A stretch of 64,000 bases of DNA from a virus (taxonomy: Duplodnaviria; Caudoviricetes). Positions 8,811 to 18,539 of this stretch are shown piece by piece. A program made the position numbers and the translations under genes. The stretch's first letter is position 1; every line of letters begins with the position of its first letter. A model generated the notes under the pieces. The model had not been told where the DNA came from and did not search any database. It was given only the letters and a program-made list of their open reading frames with translations. The DNA lies in the IMG/VR virus record IMGVR_UViG_3300032306_000439, positions 34,639 to 98,638 of that record; one strand, 5' to 3'.

Positions 8811-9983
8811 ATGTCTGAGAAGTTTTGGGAAGAGATCGGCGTGCCCTTGAGCAGCATCGGCCAGGCCCGGAAGATCGTGGAGCTGGCGTTCGCCAGCGGC
8901 ACGGTCCCCTGCTTGGTCGGCCACGCCGGCATCGGCAAGACCGAGACCTACAAGCAGATCGCCCGCGACCGGGGCTGGGGCTACGTGGCGCTCTACGCCC
9001 AGTTGTCCATGCCCGAGGACATCGCGGGCCTGCCCTTCCGAGCGGAGGACGGCAAGTCGTACGACTGCCTCATCGACAAGAGACTGCGGGAGAAGGTCGA
9101 GGCCAACCCGCAGGGCGGCATCCTGGTCTTCGAGGAGGTGAACCGCGCCTCCCGTGACACGGCCAGCGCCGTCTTCGCCTTCATGGACAACCGTGGAGCC
9201 GGCTCGTGGCGCCTGCCGGACACCTGGCACATCGCCATCGCGCAGAACCCTGCCGGTGGCGAATATGCGGTCAACGACCTCAACTCCGATCACGCCTTCA
9301 GGCGGCGTGTGACCTGGGTTGCGGTGCGTGAGGACGCCCGTGGCTGGATCGAGTACGGCGAGAAAACGGGCTTCGATAGCCGTGTGATCGAGTACGTCAA
9401 GGCCCACCCGGCCATGCTGCTCGACGCCACCACACGCACCTCCGGAAAGACCTACGCCAATCCGGCGGCGTGGGAGAAGGTGTCGAAGACCCTCACGGCT
9501 ATGAAGTCCCTGGGGATCAACGACCTTGAGCTGGCTCGGGCCAAGCTCAGCGGCGACATTGGCGAGGTTGCTGCGGACGGCTTCATCGAGTACGTCAAGA
9601 ACAGCGACAGCGTGATGTCCCCGCAGGAGGTCCTGTCCTACTACGCGGACAAGAACTCCGACATTCGTCGGAGGGTCAAGGGGAAGATCAGCGAAGGCGC
9701 ACTCGACAGGGTCAGCGCCCTGGCGTCCAGCGTTGTGCAGGAGCTTGTCCGTGGCAAGCCGGAGGCGTGCAAGGAGCTGGCCGCCAACATTGGCGAGTTC
9801 CTTCTCGACTTGCCGAAGGAGCTTACGGCAGCATTCTTCAGCGAGATGTCCTCGAGCAAGACGCCCGAGGACGCGCCGTACTTGGCCCGTGTCAACAAGT
9901 ACTGCGGTCTCAACGGCAGCTACCAGAAGGCCATCAAGGGCCTGTCGAAGTCCATCGAGGCTGTCGAGGACGAGATCAGCTGA
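8811..9983 (+). CDS. MoxR-family AAA+ ATPase
   Basis: GHAGIGKT Walker A, PEDIAGLP, VFEEVNRA Walker B, IAQNP sensor 1, AFRRR arginine finger; strongly GC3-rich. Confidence 0.88.
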   Translation: MSEKFWEEIGVPLSSIGQARKIVELAFASGTVPCLVGHAGIGKTETYKQIARDRGWGYVALYAQLSMPEDIAGLPFRAEDGKSYDCLIDKRLREKVEANPQGGILVFEEVNRASRDTASAVFAFMDNRGAGSWRLPDTWHIAIAQNPAGGEYAVNDLNSDHAFRRRVTWVAVREDARGWIEYGEKTGFDSRVIEYVKAHPAMLLDATTRTSGKTYANPAAWEKVSKTLTAMKSLGINDLELARAKLSGDIGEVAADGFIEYVKNSDSVMSPQEVLSYYADKNSDIRRRVKGKISEGALDRVSALASSVVQELVRGKPEACKELAANIGEFLLDLPKELTAAFFSEMSSSKTPEDAPYLARVNKYCGLNGSYQKAIKGLSKSIEAVEDEIS

Positions 9984-9996
9984 TAGCTAAAGGGCT

Positions 9997-10025
9997 ACGG
10001 GACCCTATCCAAATCCCGTTTTTTT
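9997..10025 (+). terminator. Intrinsic terminator after the AAA+ gene
   Basis: ACGGGA-loop-TCCCGT followed by a T-run. Confidence 0.6.
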
Positions 10026-10046
10026 AAATCCTAGCTAGAGGACCAA

Positions 10047-11855
10047 TTGTTAAAAGATCACTTTCCATTTAGCTCTCCTCCGTACAAGCATCAGCTAAAG
10101 GTGTTTAGTGCCATAGAGGAGTGTAGGAGGACTGGGCTAGGAAAGAAGTTCGTCCTCCTGCGAGGCCCAACGGGGTGCGGCAAGTCTGCCATCGCCATTA
10201 CCCTTGCTCTAGAGGCAGCCTCTCAGGGCAAGTCAACTCACGTACTAGCGTCTCATAGGTTCCTGCAGTCACAATACCTGAATGACTTTGAGCAGTTTGG
10301 GCTGAGGAATCTGTGGGGTAAGAGGAACTATAACTGCAGGCTAGCCGAGGTACACGGAGTAACCCTAAACGGAAGGACTCCTGACTGCGGCGAGTGCATG
10401 GCCTACAGGAGAGATCTGTCCAGAAAGATATCTAAGCTCTCCGGCAAGGACTTCATAGCCTCGCACTGCTCTTCAAAAGAGCCGGGGGATCTGTGCCACT
10501 ACACCAAGGCTCGGATGTCTGCGTCTACCTCCAGGATAGCCCTAACTAATTACAACAGCTTTCTGGCCCACACCTTCTACACGGAGACGCTCGGTAAGAG
10601 AGACCTGCTGATAGTAGACGAGGCCCATCTTCTGGCAGACCGTTTAGCAGGCTTCCTTACCACAGAGGTACCCCTGCTGGACGAGTGGGTGGAGGGACAC
10701 AGCAACTCCAAGAACCCCAAGGATCACTTGGCCTGGCTTAACACTGTAGTTAAGAACCAGCTACTGGCTACTGTTGAAGGAATGGCTAAGGCTATTAATC
10801 ATGGCATATCCATACACATGGATGACATGTTTAACTCCTTAGTAGATAACAACCCCATGTATGCAGAGATAGCTGCATCAGTACCCAATGGCAAAGACTC
10901 AGAAGAGGTAGACTTTGTAAAGCTGTACCAGCTCTACAAAAAGATAGAGAAGCTGCTGGAATCAGCCACCCTTAACCCAAATTACTGGGTAGTAGACATC
11001 GTAGACAAGAACGTTCCGGGCGTAGGGGTAGAAAAAGTACTGGAGTATAAGCCTGTTAAGGTAGGAAAGATGGCTGAGACCTACCTGTTCAAGTACGCTG
11101 ACGAGGTAGTCCTCATGTCAGCGACTATGAACACGGGACCTTTCCTATCTGATCTAGGCATTGAGTCGGATGACATAAAGGCATTCATAGACCTGCCTTC
11201 TGTGTTTCCTCTGTCAACTAGACCGATAATAAACATACCAGTTGGCAGTATGGCTAGGTCTAACAGAGATGAGACTATCGTAAAGATAGCTCGTCAGCTA
11301 GAGGACTTGATACTAAACAAGCACCCAGGTGAGAAGGGAGTTATCCATCTCCACAGCTTCAAGAACGGTCATGACCTGTACAAGCTTCTTAGTTACAAGG
11401 CCCGAAGCAAGATCATCTGGCACTTAACAAGCGACAACGTTCGTATAGAAGACCTAACGGAGAAGTTCTTCAAGTCAAAGGACAGCTGGCTAGCCAGCCC
11501 GTCTATCGTTGAGGGCTTAGATGGCAAAGATGACAGAGTAAGAGTTCAGGCTCTTATAAAGGCGCCCTACCCCAACATAGGTAGCGCTCAGGTCAGTGCC
11601 AGAAGAAACCTCAAGGACGGCCATGAGTGGTACCTAGCACAAGCGGCCAACAGCCTAGTGCAGGCGTACGGTAGAGGTACACGTCACGCTAACGACTATA
11701 GCGTCATGTACGTCCTGGACTCTGAGGTGTCCAAGGCCGTAGCTAGCGCGGCAGGCGTAATACCTAAGTGGTTTATGGACGCCTGGAATATATCGCAGCC
11801 AAGTAACTGGACTCTACAGGACGGTAGATACGTCAATAGTCCAGCGACACGTTAG
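10047..11855 (+). CDS. DinG/XPD-like SF2 DNA helicase
   Basis: GPTGCGKS, GKRNYNC plus further Cys (Fe-S-like), IVDEAH, MSAT, EGLD, QAYGRGTRHANDY. Confidence 0.88.
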   Translation: MLKDHFPFSSPPYKHQLKVFSAIEECRRTGLGKKFVLLRGPTGCGKSAIAITLALEAASQGKSTHVLASHRFLQSQYLNDFEQFGLRNLWGKRNYNCRLAEVHGVTLNGRTPDCGECMAYRRDLSRKISKLSGKDFIASHCSSKEPGDLCHYTKARMSASTSRIALTNYNSFLAHTFYTETLGKRDLLIVDEAHLLADRLAGFLTTEVPLLDEWVEGHSNSKNPKDHLAWLNTVVKNQLLATVEGMAKAINHGISIHMDDMFNSLVDNNPMYAEIAASVPNGKDSEEVDFVKLYQLYKKIEKLLESATLNPNYWVVDIVDKNVPGVGVEKVLEYKPVKVGKMAETYLFKYADEVVLMSATMNTGPFLSDLGIESDDIKAFIDLPSVFPLSTRPIINIPVGSMARSNRDETIVKIARQLEDLILNKHPGEKGVIHLHSFKNGHDLYKLLSYKARSKIIWHLTSDNVRIEDLTEKFFKSKDSWLASPSIVEGLDGKDDRVRVQALIKAPYPNIGSAQVSARRNLKDGHEWYLAQAANSLVQAYGRGTRHANDYSVMYVLDSEVSKAVASAAGVIPKWFMDAWNISQPSNWTLQDGRYVNSPATR

Positions 11856-12513
11856 ATCCCTCAAGCTGGGACTTGAGAAGGTCCTTACGTGTCTTAAGGT
11901 AGAGCGCGGCCTCCCTAAGTATGCGGGCCTGCACAGACGCTGCGTCGTCTTCGTCGTAGTAGTCTACCTTAGTAGACGTAAGGACCTTGACCAAGTCTTC
12001 CTTGAGCTTGGTAAAGTCATGCGTCTTGGACGTTATCATGTCCAAGTGCTTTGACGCAAAGGTCAGCTCTGGTGGCACCATGACCAGTCCGTTGTGCGCT
12101 AGAACGCAAGCAACGTACATAGCCGTGTCGTCTCCGTATTCCTCTGGGCCTGGGCGACCGTCGTAGTGATTAGCTACGTACCTAGCCTCAGTCGTACCCC
12201 ACACAAGCTCGCCAACAGAGCACTCATTGACACTCTCTGGTAGAGCTATGCGCCCGTTGAGGGACTCCATTAGGTTGTTGTAAACCTTGTAGTCCCACAG
12301 GTGGCTGGGGCACAAGCGTATAGCCGTGACTGCTAGCAGTCTGTCTCTAGCTTCTTCGTCTGGTAGACATCCTATCTCATCCAGATACGTAAGAAGAGTG
12401 TCAAACTCCCAGGCTGCGTGCGCTCCGTTGGTGAGCGCATCACACGCTAGGGACAAAGAGATTCCAAAAGACTCTGGGTCTTTTAGTATCGCTATGGCTT
12501 TGTCACGCAGCAC
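11833..12513 (-). CDS. Hypothetical protein (probably late/virion)
   Basis: 226-aa ORF directly abutting the upstream minus-strand gene; no recognisable motif. Confidence 0.6.
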   Translation of the reverse strand: MLRDKAIAILKDPESFGISLSLACDALTNGAHAAWEFDTLLTYLDEIGCLPDEEARDRLLAVTAIRLCPSHLWDYKVYNNLMESLNGRIALPESVNECSVGELVWGTTEARYVANHYDGRPGPEEYGDDTAMYVACVLAHNGLVMVPPELTFASKHLDMITSKTHDFTKLKEDLVKVLTSTKVDYYDEDDAASVQARILREAALYLKTRKDLLKSQLEGSNVSLDY

Positions 12514-13497
12514 TTAGACCCCCAGCTGATTTACCAGCGCCTTCTGCATGTCTAGAGGTAGGGTGGGCAGTACCTCTGAGAGCTTCTGCTCGTCGATATC
12601 TCCGCCCTCACTTATCTCGGTTACTATATCAGGTCCGAGAACATCGCCATAGAAATTTACGTCTCTGGCCATGAGGGTGGACATAGGCACGCTTCTGCCT
12701 GCTAGGGTCATAGTCTCCTGCATAGCAGTCTTGGTATTGAAGACCGTCTCCTGGGGGTTGGGCAGCTTCTTACCGTAGAGACGTGCAAGGCCGAACTCTT
12801 CGTCAAGCTTAGCTATAGCGTTAGCAACCTTGATTAATTCGGACCTTTCTGTGTTATAAGAAAGTGTTCTGATTCCCTCTGCTAGCTTGCAGAATATTTT
12901 CTCTGCCTTAGGGCAGGCATGTCCACGAGCCTCTACCCACTCAGCGGCCTTTTCTAGGTCGCACTGGGCCAGCCCAGCGTAGGCTAGAGTCTCTGTCTCA
13001 ACTGACAGCCCCTTGTCGGCAGCTACCTTAACAAGAGTCGTAGCTGCCGTGGCAAGGCTAGTGGGGCTTAGCTTTCTGGCGTTCTTAATGATGGCCAGCT
13101 CAGCCTGCTTAATAGTGTCAGCGTCGATGGAGTCTAGGGGAGGCAGAGGGAACTGCTTAGTGGCCGGCAGCAAGTAAGTAACTTCAGCTGCGGCAACCTT
13201 CTGCCTGACTGGCGGAGGCATTGAGATGTCATAGATGCTTAGGGCGTTGTCAATACGCCCACCGATCTCGGGATCGACACCTGCCTGCTTTGAGAAGTAG
13301 GCCTTTGAAAGGAGGGCATGCTCAGGGGTGTGTATTGGGAACAGTCTGTTGTAGGGGTCTGCGAAAGATGACTGAGGAAGAGAGCCCCTCACGTCCTCTC
13401 CTACAGAGGCTGTCTTAACTAGGAATGAGAAGCCTGGTCTCTCGTCCACGATGGACTTGAGTACAGAAAAAGTGGGATCAGTGTTCTGGTCTCGCAT
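12514..13497 (-). CDS. Putative head-associated protein with K-x-A motifs
   Basis: Start at MRDQNTDP with AGGAG RBS; VKTAS, SKQAG, QKVAA, TKTAM motifs; function inferred. Confidence 0.55.
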   Translation of the reverse strand: MRDQNTDPTFSVLKSIVDERPGFSFLVKTASVGEDVRGSLPQSSFADPYNRLFPIHTPEHALLSKAYFSKQAGVDPEIGGRIDNALSIYDISMPPPVRQKVAAAEVTYLLPATKQFPLPPLDSIDADTIKQAELAIIKNARKLSPTSLATAATTLVKVAADKGLSVETETLAYAGLAQCDLEKAAEWVEARGHACPKAEKIFCKLAEGIRTLSYNTERSELIKVANAIAKLDEEFGLARLYGKKLPNPQETVFNTKTAMQETMTLAGRSVPMSTLMARDVNFYGDVLGPDIVTEISEGGDIDEQKLSEVLPTLPLDMQKALVNQLGV

Positions 13498-13526
13498 GGG
13501 TTCTCCTACGGGGAAAGGATAGTAAG

Positions 13527-14933
13527 ATGAAGTCCACATTGCCAGAAATTCTGGCGTTCCTGCAGACTGGGCGCGGAGGGGGTAACCCGTTCTTCCCCAC
13601 CATCATCAACGCGCTCAAGAAGATTGAGACGCCGGGGATGGGGACGGCTGGCGTTTCGGTTACGCCCGAGGGAAAGATGGTGCTGCGGTACGACCCGCAG
13701 CTGGTCGAGGACCTGGAGTTCCGTGAGCTCCAGTTGGTGATGATTCACGAGGTTTACCACCTCGCTCTGAACCACATCCCCCGACTGATGCGACTGATCG
13801 AGGGTCATGAGGGACTGGAGCTCAAGCGCATCATGCGCGTGGCTAACATCGCCATGGACTACGCCGTGAATTCTCTCATGGTCCAGGCCAAAGAGGCCAC
13901 GGTTCAGGACTTCAAGACCCTTGGTCCTGACATGGGAGACGGTAAGCACAAGTACGCTGGCGTCTACCCCACGGATGCCGACTTGCCTCCTTTCCAGACG
14001 TTCGAGTGGTACTTCCTGCGCATCATGGAGAATCTTCCCCAGTTCGTGAAGGTGATCGGTGTTGTGGGAAAGGGGGAAGGAGAAGGGTCCGGAGGCGGCG
14101 GGTGCGGAGAGAATGAGGGAGAGAATGGTGAGGGCAGCGGAGACAAGACCCTCAGGGCCCTTGAAGACTACATCAAGAGGAACAGCCCCACGTCAAACCT
14201 TGACGACCTCGAAGAGGCCCTCAAGGAGATGACTGCCGACCAGATCTCCGACCTGGCTAACCAGGTGGAGCGAGAGGCAAAGAAGGCTGTTGGCAAGGCT
14301 GTTGAGGCTGCCAGGAAGAGCCGTGGTACCGTCCCAGGCAATCTGCAGCAGTCCGTCGACGAGCTCCTCAAGGACAAGGAGATCCCCTGGCAGCGCCTGT
14401 TGTCGGCCTGGATCAGCAACGCTCTTCGCAAGGATCGAGAGCGAAGCAAGAGGCGTCCGAAGCGCCGCTCCATGGACGACGCTCGGATGTCTGCCTACCC
14501 AGGTAAGATCGGCCACGACCAGTACACTCTGGTCTACGCCATCGACACCTCGGGCTCCATGGGAGGAGAGGAGTTGGCGGAGGTCATGTCGGAGCTCCAG
14601 AACCTGCAGAAGGCGCAGCGCGGGATCAAGATCCACGTCCTGGAGGCGGACACGGAGATCCACCACGAGTACGAGGTTGGGTTCTCCGACAAGCCCAGCT
14701 TCGACATCCACGGTCGAGGCGGCACGGACTTCAACTGCGTGTTCCGCAGGCTGAAGGACGGTCTGAAGGCTGACGCCTTGATCTACGCTACGGACGGCTA
14801 CGCCCCGATGCCTGATCTCTCCCTCCGGCTCAACATTCCGGTCATCTGGGCAATCACGAGCCGTGGTCGTAGCCCCTGCACCGACACCGACCAATATGGC
14901 CGTACCCTGCTGATCAAGGGCAAGGACCAGTGA
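13527..14933 (+). CDS. Metallopeptidase-vWA protein (DUF2201-like), MoxR partner
   Basis: HEVYH zincin, ANIAMDYAVN, Gly/Glu linker, IDTSGSM MIDAS, GRGGTDF, YATDGY. Confidence 0.88.
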   Translation: MKSTLPEILAFLQTGRGGGNPFFPTIINALKKIETPGMGTAGVSVTPEGKMVLRYDPQLVEDLEFRELQLVMIHEVYHLALNHIPRLMRLIEGHEGLELKRIMRVANIAMDYAVNSLMVQAKEATVQDFKTLGPDMGDGKHKYAGVYPTDADLPPFQTFEWYFLRIMENLPQFVKVIGVVGKGEGEGSGGGGCGENEGENGEGSGDKTLRALEDYIKRNSPTSNLDDLEEALKEMTADQISDLANQVEREAKKAVGKAVEAARKSRGTVPGNLQQSVDELLKDKEIPWQRLLSAWISNALRKDRERSKRRPKRRSMDDARMSAYPGKIGHDQYTLVYAIDTSGSMGGEELAEVMSELQNLQKAQRGIKIHVLEADTEIHHEYEVGFSDKPSFDIHGRGGTDFNCVFRRLKDGLKADALIYATDGYAPMPDLSLRLNIPVIWAITSRGRSPCTDTDQYGRTLLIKGKDQ

Positions 14934-15616
14934 AGGTACTCAGCCTAAAGGCGGCGTTCTCGTTCACCCGTGGCTACATCTTCGACAAGATGTACTTTGT
15001 TAAGAAAGGAGACGAGGAAGTCATCCCTAGGATGTTCAGTACATGCCTGCAGATGAGAATCTCTGGGCCGAACATGGACTCTCTTAGGGCGATGATGGTC
15101 AACGAGATTCTCAATGAGAGGGGAGAGGTAGTAGCGCAAGAGTTCAAAGTGACGAGGGATCAGGCCCCCGAGTCACTGCCCCTTGTCCAAGAGTTCAAGA
15201 AAGATCTCACGGACAGGAACATGAACGACTGGTGGTGCGTAGTACCGATCCTCCTCAGGAGTGTAGCGTCGTCCCCCGACGAAGAAGGAGAGGAGGACGA
15301 GCTGAAGACTAGGTCCCGGCTGATGTACTTGAGAAACAAGAGCTGGGATCGAGTCCGTACATCTGAGATGCGAAGAAAGTCTCTGGGCAAGCCGGACATC
15401 CCGGACACGGCTATTCTGCATGTGGCCGGAGATCAGATCTCTCCCCCGTGCTTGGCGTGTCCTCACCTCGACAGGCACGTAGCTGGGGGATGCACTCTAG
15501 GCATGACTTCGTGCCTCACGTCCATCGGCATCGTCCATAAGAGCCAGTTCGTGAAGAACTTGGAGAAGTACGGGAAGGAGGTTGCCGGTGCCGGGATTCA
15601 AGAAGACAACCCTTAG
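14930..15616 (+). CDS. Cys-motif hypothetical protein upstream of the RT
   Basis: GTGA coupling to the vWA gene; PCLACPH...GGCTLGMTSC. Confidence 0.7.
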   Translation: MKVLSLKAAFSFTRGYIFDKMYFVKKGDEEVIPRMFSTCLQMRISGPNMDSLRAMMVNEILNERGEVVAQEFKVTRDQAPESLPLVQEFKKDLTDRNMNDWWCVVPILLRSVASSPDEEGEEDELKTRSRLMYLRNKSWDRVRTSEMRRKSLGKPDIPDTAILHVAGDQISPPCLACPHLDRHVAGGCTLGMTSCLTSIGIVHKSQFVKNLEKYGKEVAGAGIQEDNP

Positions 15617-16688
15617 CGTAATGGAGGTCGGCCAGGTACCGGACGGAATGCCACTGGCGTTTGACGACAACACGCTGGCGTTCCATATCGGCATCAAGAC
15701 CCGGACCCTGTGGCTTATGGTTATGGGCTCGGGGTTGCAGGCAGGCCAGAAAGGGTCGGCCTACCGTTTGGGTGAAATACCCAAAAGAGGCAGGGCTGGG
15801 CAGAGGGGCGAAAAGCGTAAGCTACACATACCCTCTGACCGTCTAAAGGCGGTGCAAAGAGCTCTGTGCGCCGCGTTCGTTCAGCCACTGCCGGTGGGAC
15901 CACAGGTCAAGGCGTACGAGCCGGGCTCGTCCGTTGTGGGAACCGCACAGGACATGTCTGGAGGGGGCGTGCTCATCTCCATGGACCTGAAGAACTTCTT
16001 CGGGTCCATACGAATGAGCTGGGTCAGGTCCTTCTTCATGTCCAAGGGATACAACAGGCAAGTAGCGAGCCTCTTGGCTCGCCTTTGCTGTTGCCGAGAT
16101 GAGGGAGTTAACTTCCTCCCGCAGGGTACTCCTGTAAGCCCCGGGCTTGCTAATCGCATTGCCCAAGACAGAGTCGACGGGGCTGTACTGGACATCTGCA
16201 AGGAGTATGGATGGTCTTACGTCCGCTATTCCGACAACGTCTACTTCAGCCACCCTGAGGTCGTACCAGTCGACAAGACTAACGAGTTCAAGGATAAGGT
16301 TGCGGCAGCGTTCAGGAGGGGCGGCTGGGCGACACACAAGATCCTAGTGTTGCCCAAGTGGCGCAGGCAAAAGGTCCTGGGCCTGACTGTGAACGACAAG
16401 CCCAACGTTCAGAGGGAGCAGTACGCAGCGCTTCGGGCGCTGATACACAACTGCATGGTGGAGGGCTTTGAGTCTCAGGTGGAGATGTCTAAAGCCAAGA
16501 TCAACCCGAGTATAAATTGCGCTGAAGACTTGATAGCGCACATCCGTGGCAAGCTCAGCTACTTCGGTCAAGTGCTGGAGGCTAGCCGTCAAGAAAGGCT
16601 GTCCCAGGAGTTTGAGACAGCCTTGGAAACTGAAAGGCTCTCCCTTAGACAGAAATGGGAAGAGCAGGACAAGGAGGACTCCCTTTGA
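15582..16688 (+). CDS. Retron-type reverse transcriptase (likely start GTG 15588)
   Basis: IPK..R.L..P..RLK.VQ, MDLKNFFGSI, LPQGTPVSPGLAN, YVRYSDN catalytic loop, QKVLGLTVN (retron VTG/region Y), LRALIHNC thumb; AAGGAGG RBS before 15588. Confidence 0.9.
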   Translation: MPVPGFKKTTLSVMEVGQVPDGMPLAFDDNTLAFHIGIKTRTLWLMVMGSGLQAGQKGSAYRLGEIPKRGRAGQRGEKRKLHIPSDRLKAVQRALCAAFVQPLPVGPQVKAYEPGSSVVGTAQDMSGGGVLISMDLKNFFGSIRMSWVRSFFMSKGYNRQVASLLARLCCCRDEGVNFLPQGTPVSPGLANRIAQDRVDGAVLDICKEYGWSYVRYSDNVYFSHPEVVPVDKTNEFKDKVAAAFRRGGWATHKILVLPKWRRQKVLGLTVNDKPNVQREQYAALRALIHNCMVEGFESQVEMSKAKINPSINCAEDLIAHIRGKLSYFGQVLEASRQERLSQEFETALETERLSLRQKWEEQDKEDSL

Positions 16689-18100
16689 TGAGGGCGGTAT
16701 TAGCACAGGCAATGGGCGGTATCTGGTCCCACTTTCCTAGGTGGAGGGGGAACAGCTCAACCCTGCTTCCCGGTATCCTGATTCAGATGCCGGACGAGAA
16801 CATCAAGAATCACGAGCAGGTCTTTGTCTCCCTGAGGAACAAGATCGAAGCGGACCTTTTTGTAATCCACCGTTGGGCTAAGGTCTTCATGACCCCCTTT
16901 GCCATCCCAGGCCCAGGGGCGTGGCTGAAGCACAGCTACGACTACGTGGTTACTGGAGAAGGCTTGGTAACAGAGCCTCTAGCAGATGTGTATCGCAACT
17001 GCATGCAGTTCGAGAAGTTCGCTAGCCCTCCGTGTCTGTCCTGTAAGTGGGACACCTGCCTACAAGAATCAGGCAGCCCACTGGTAGTCAAGGACATGGG
17101 TATGTCATTGACGCTAGGGTGGGGGGACAACTCTAAGTACGAGTTCGGTCCCTACGACTCGTACAACACCTGGGTAGCAGGCGCAACAGCTAGAACAGCT
17201 CACGTACCGGTACCGAGAAGCCCGATGCAGCTGGCTGTTAGCGAGGAGGCCAGCGCCCAGATGGTTAGCAAGTTGAAGGAAGCCATCCAGGGTACGGAAG
17301 GCCTAAGCCTCGTCCCAAACAAGTGGGCGCTGTCGGACAAGGTTGGGGTGTCGGAGAATAAGATCTACCCAATCCAGGATATCTCGCTCGAGGAAAGTGA
17401 CCTGAAGAAGCGCAAGGCTGAGCTCAGTGCTAACAGCAGTAGGGCAGCGGCCACGAGAAAGGTCCGCAAGGATGTGTGCTCCCAATGCGTCATCTCGGGT
17501 ACCTGCAATAAGTACCAACCCACAAAATGCTCCGGAGCTCTGACCCTAGAAGACCTACAGGACAGGGTCAAAGACAGGGTAAAGAAAACTTTCGGGGAGG
17601 TTCCCACAAAGGATACGCCCTGGATAAAGGCGACTCTGGCGGCGTCCGGGCATTACATAGAGGGCCGAATCGGTACACGGAAAGGCAGGGCAACCACGTA
17701 TACAATCTGCGGCGTGTTCCCGACTCTGGCTATGGGGGGTCCAGGGGACCTGGTTGTCAGGCTGAGGAGGAAGCGCTATGCGCTCCATCAGTTCATCCAC
17801 GTAGACCTCAAGAAAGACTGGTCAACGTGGAAGCCTGAGGAGCTCCAGAAGATCTTGGATCTGCCTCACAAGGAGATCACGGACGACCAGGCAGTCTGGC
17901 TGGCGTACCTAATGTCCCTTAGCGGATGGCGTAGACCCTATGGATCCTGGGACGAGCCGTGGAGGTTCTGGGTCAAGGATGGCAAGGTGATTATGCGCAC
18001 CCACCATTATCGGCACTACGAAATAGAGAACTGGGAGGACTGCAACATTCCTGGAGTCCGGCAGTTCCGTACTAACAAAACCACATGGGGGAAGGAGTAG
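16688..18100 (+). CDS. Cys-rich hypothetical protein downstream of the RT (candidate partner/effector)
   Basis: TGATG overlap with the RT stop; PCLSCKWDTC and CSQCVISGTC..C clusters. Confidence 0.7.
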   Translation: MRAVLAQAMGGIWSHFPRWRGNSSTLLPGILIQMPDENIKNHEQVFVSLRNKIEADLFVIHRWAKVFMTPFAIPGPGAWLKHSYDYVVTGEGLVTEPLADVYRNCMQFEKFASPPCLSCKWDTCLQESGSPLVVKDMGMSLTLGWGDNSKYEFGPYDSYNTWVAGATARTAHVPVPRSPMQLAVSEEASAQMVSKLKEAIQGTEGLSLVPNKWALSDKVGVSENKIYPIQDISLEESDLKKRKAELSANSSRAAATRKVRKDVCSQCVISGTCNKYQPTKCSGALTLEDLQDRVKDRVKKTFGEVPTKDTPWIKATLAASGHYIEGRIGTRKGRATTYTICGVFPTLAMGGPGDLVVRLRRKRYALHQFIHVDLKKDWSTWKPEELQKILDLPHKEITDDQAVWLAYLMSLSGWRRPYGSWDEPWRFWVKDGKVIMRTHHYRHYEIENWEDCNIPGVRQFRTNKTTWGKE

Positions 18101-18104
18101 TGAC

Positions 18105-18539
18105 GTGAAGATCAGCGGAAAAGACCTTAAGGACCTGATCCCTGACGGGATCGTGTTTGAGGTAGGCGGTATCGGCCTGCACTCTAGGGACCAGAGCCTG
18201 GCGGTCCTTAACCTAGAGTGCTCTGAAGGCAGCATGTCTGTGGTTGTCTACAAGAAGGCTGTAGGCAAGCTGCTCATGAAGGTCCCGACTCCGGCGGCAG
18301 AGCCCGTTAAGCCGGTCGTCGAGGACGCTCCGGCTAGGTCGGAAGAAGAGGCCCCTGCTCAGGCTGCGGCATCCGACGACGGTGGCCGGCGCATCGGCAT
18401 GACCCGCAAGAAGGACGGCAAGACCGAGACGCTCAAGGGCTTCACGGCGACCGGCAGCATCCGAGAGAAGCCGGCCAACGCAGAGCGGCGCGTCAAGCAC
18501 CCGGACACGGGCGAGCTGGTGTGGCCCCTATGGGAATGA
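18105..18539 (+). CDS. Hypothetical protein
   Basis: AAGGAG RBS, GC3-rich, operonic position. Confidence 0.65.
   Translation: MKISGKDLKDLIPDGIVFEVGGIGLHSRDQSLAVLNLECSEGSMSVVVYKKAVGKLLMKVPTPAAEPVKPVVEDAPARSEEEAPAQAAASDDGGRRIGMTRKKDGKTETLKGFTATGSIREKPANAERRVKHPDTGELVWPLWE

Noticed and set aside
8688-9407. 240-aa N-terminal extension of the terminase ORF
   Set aside because: It is the antisense shadow of the GC3-rich AAA+ gene; terminase motifs start after Met at 8687.
15582-16688. DGR or group II intron RT
   Set aside because: Retron-like VLG/thumb region and short length; no TR/VR pair with adenine-specific mismatches seen; no maturase domain or intron boundaries.
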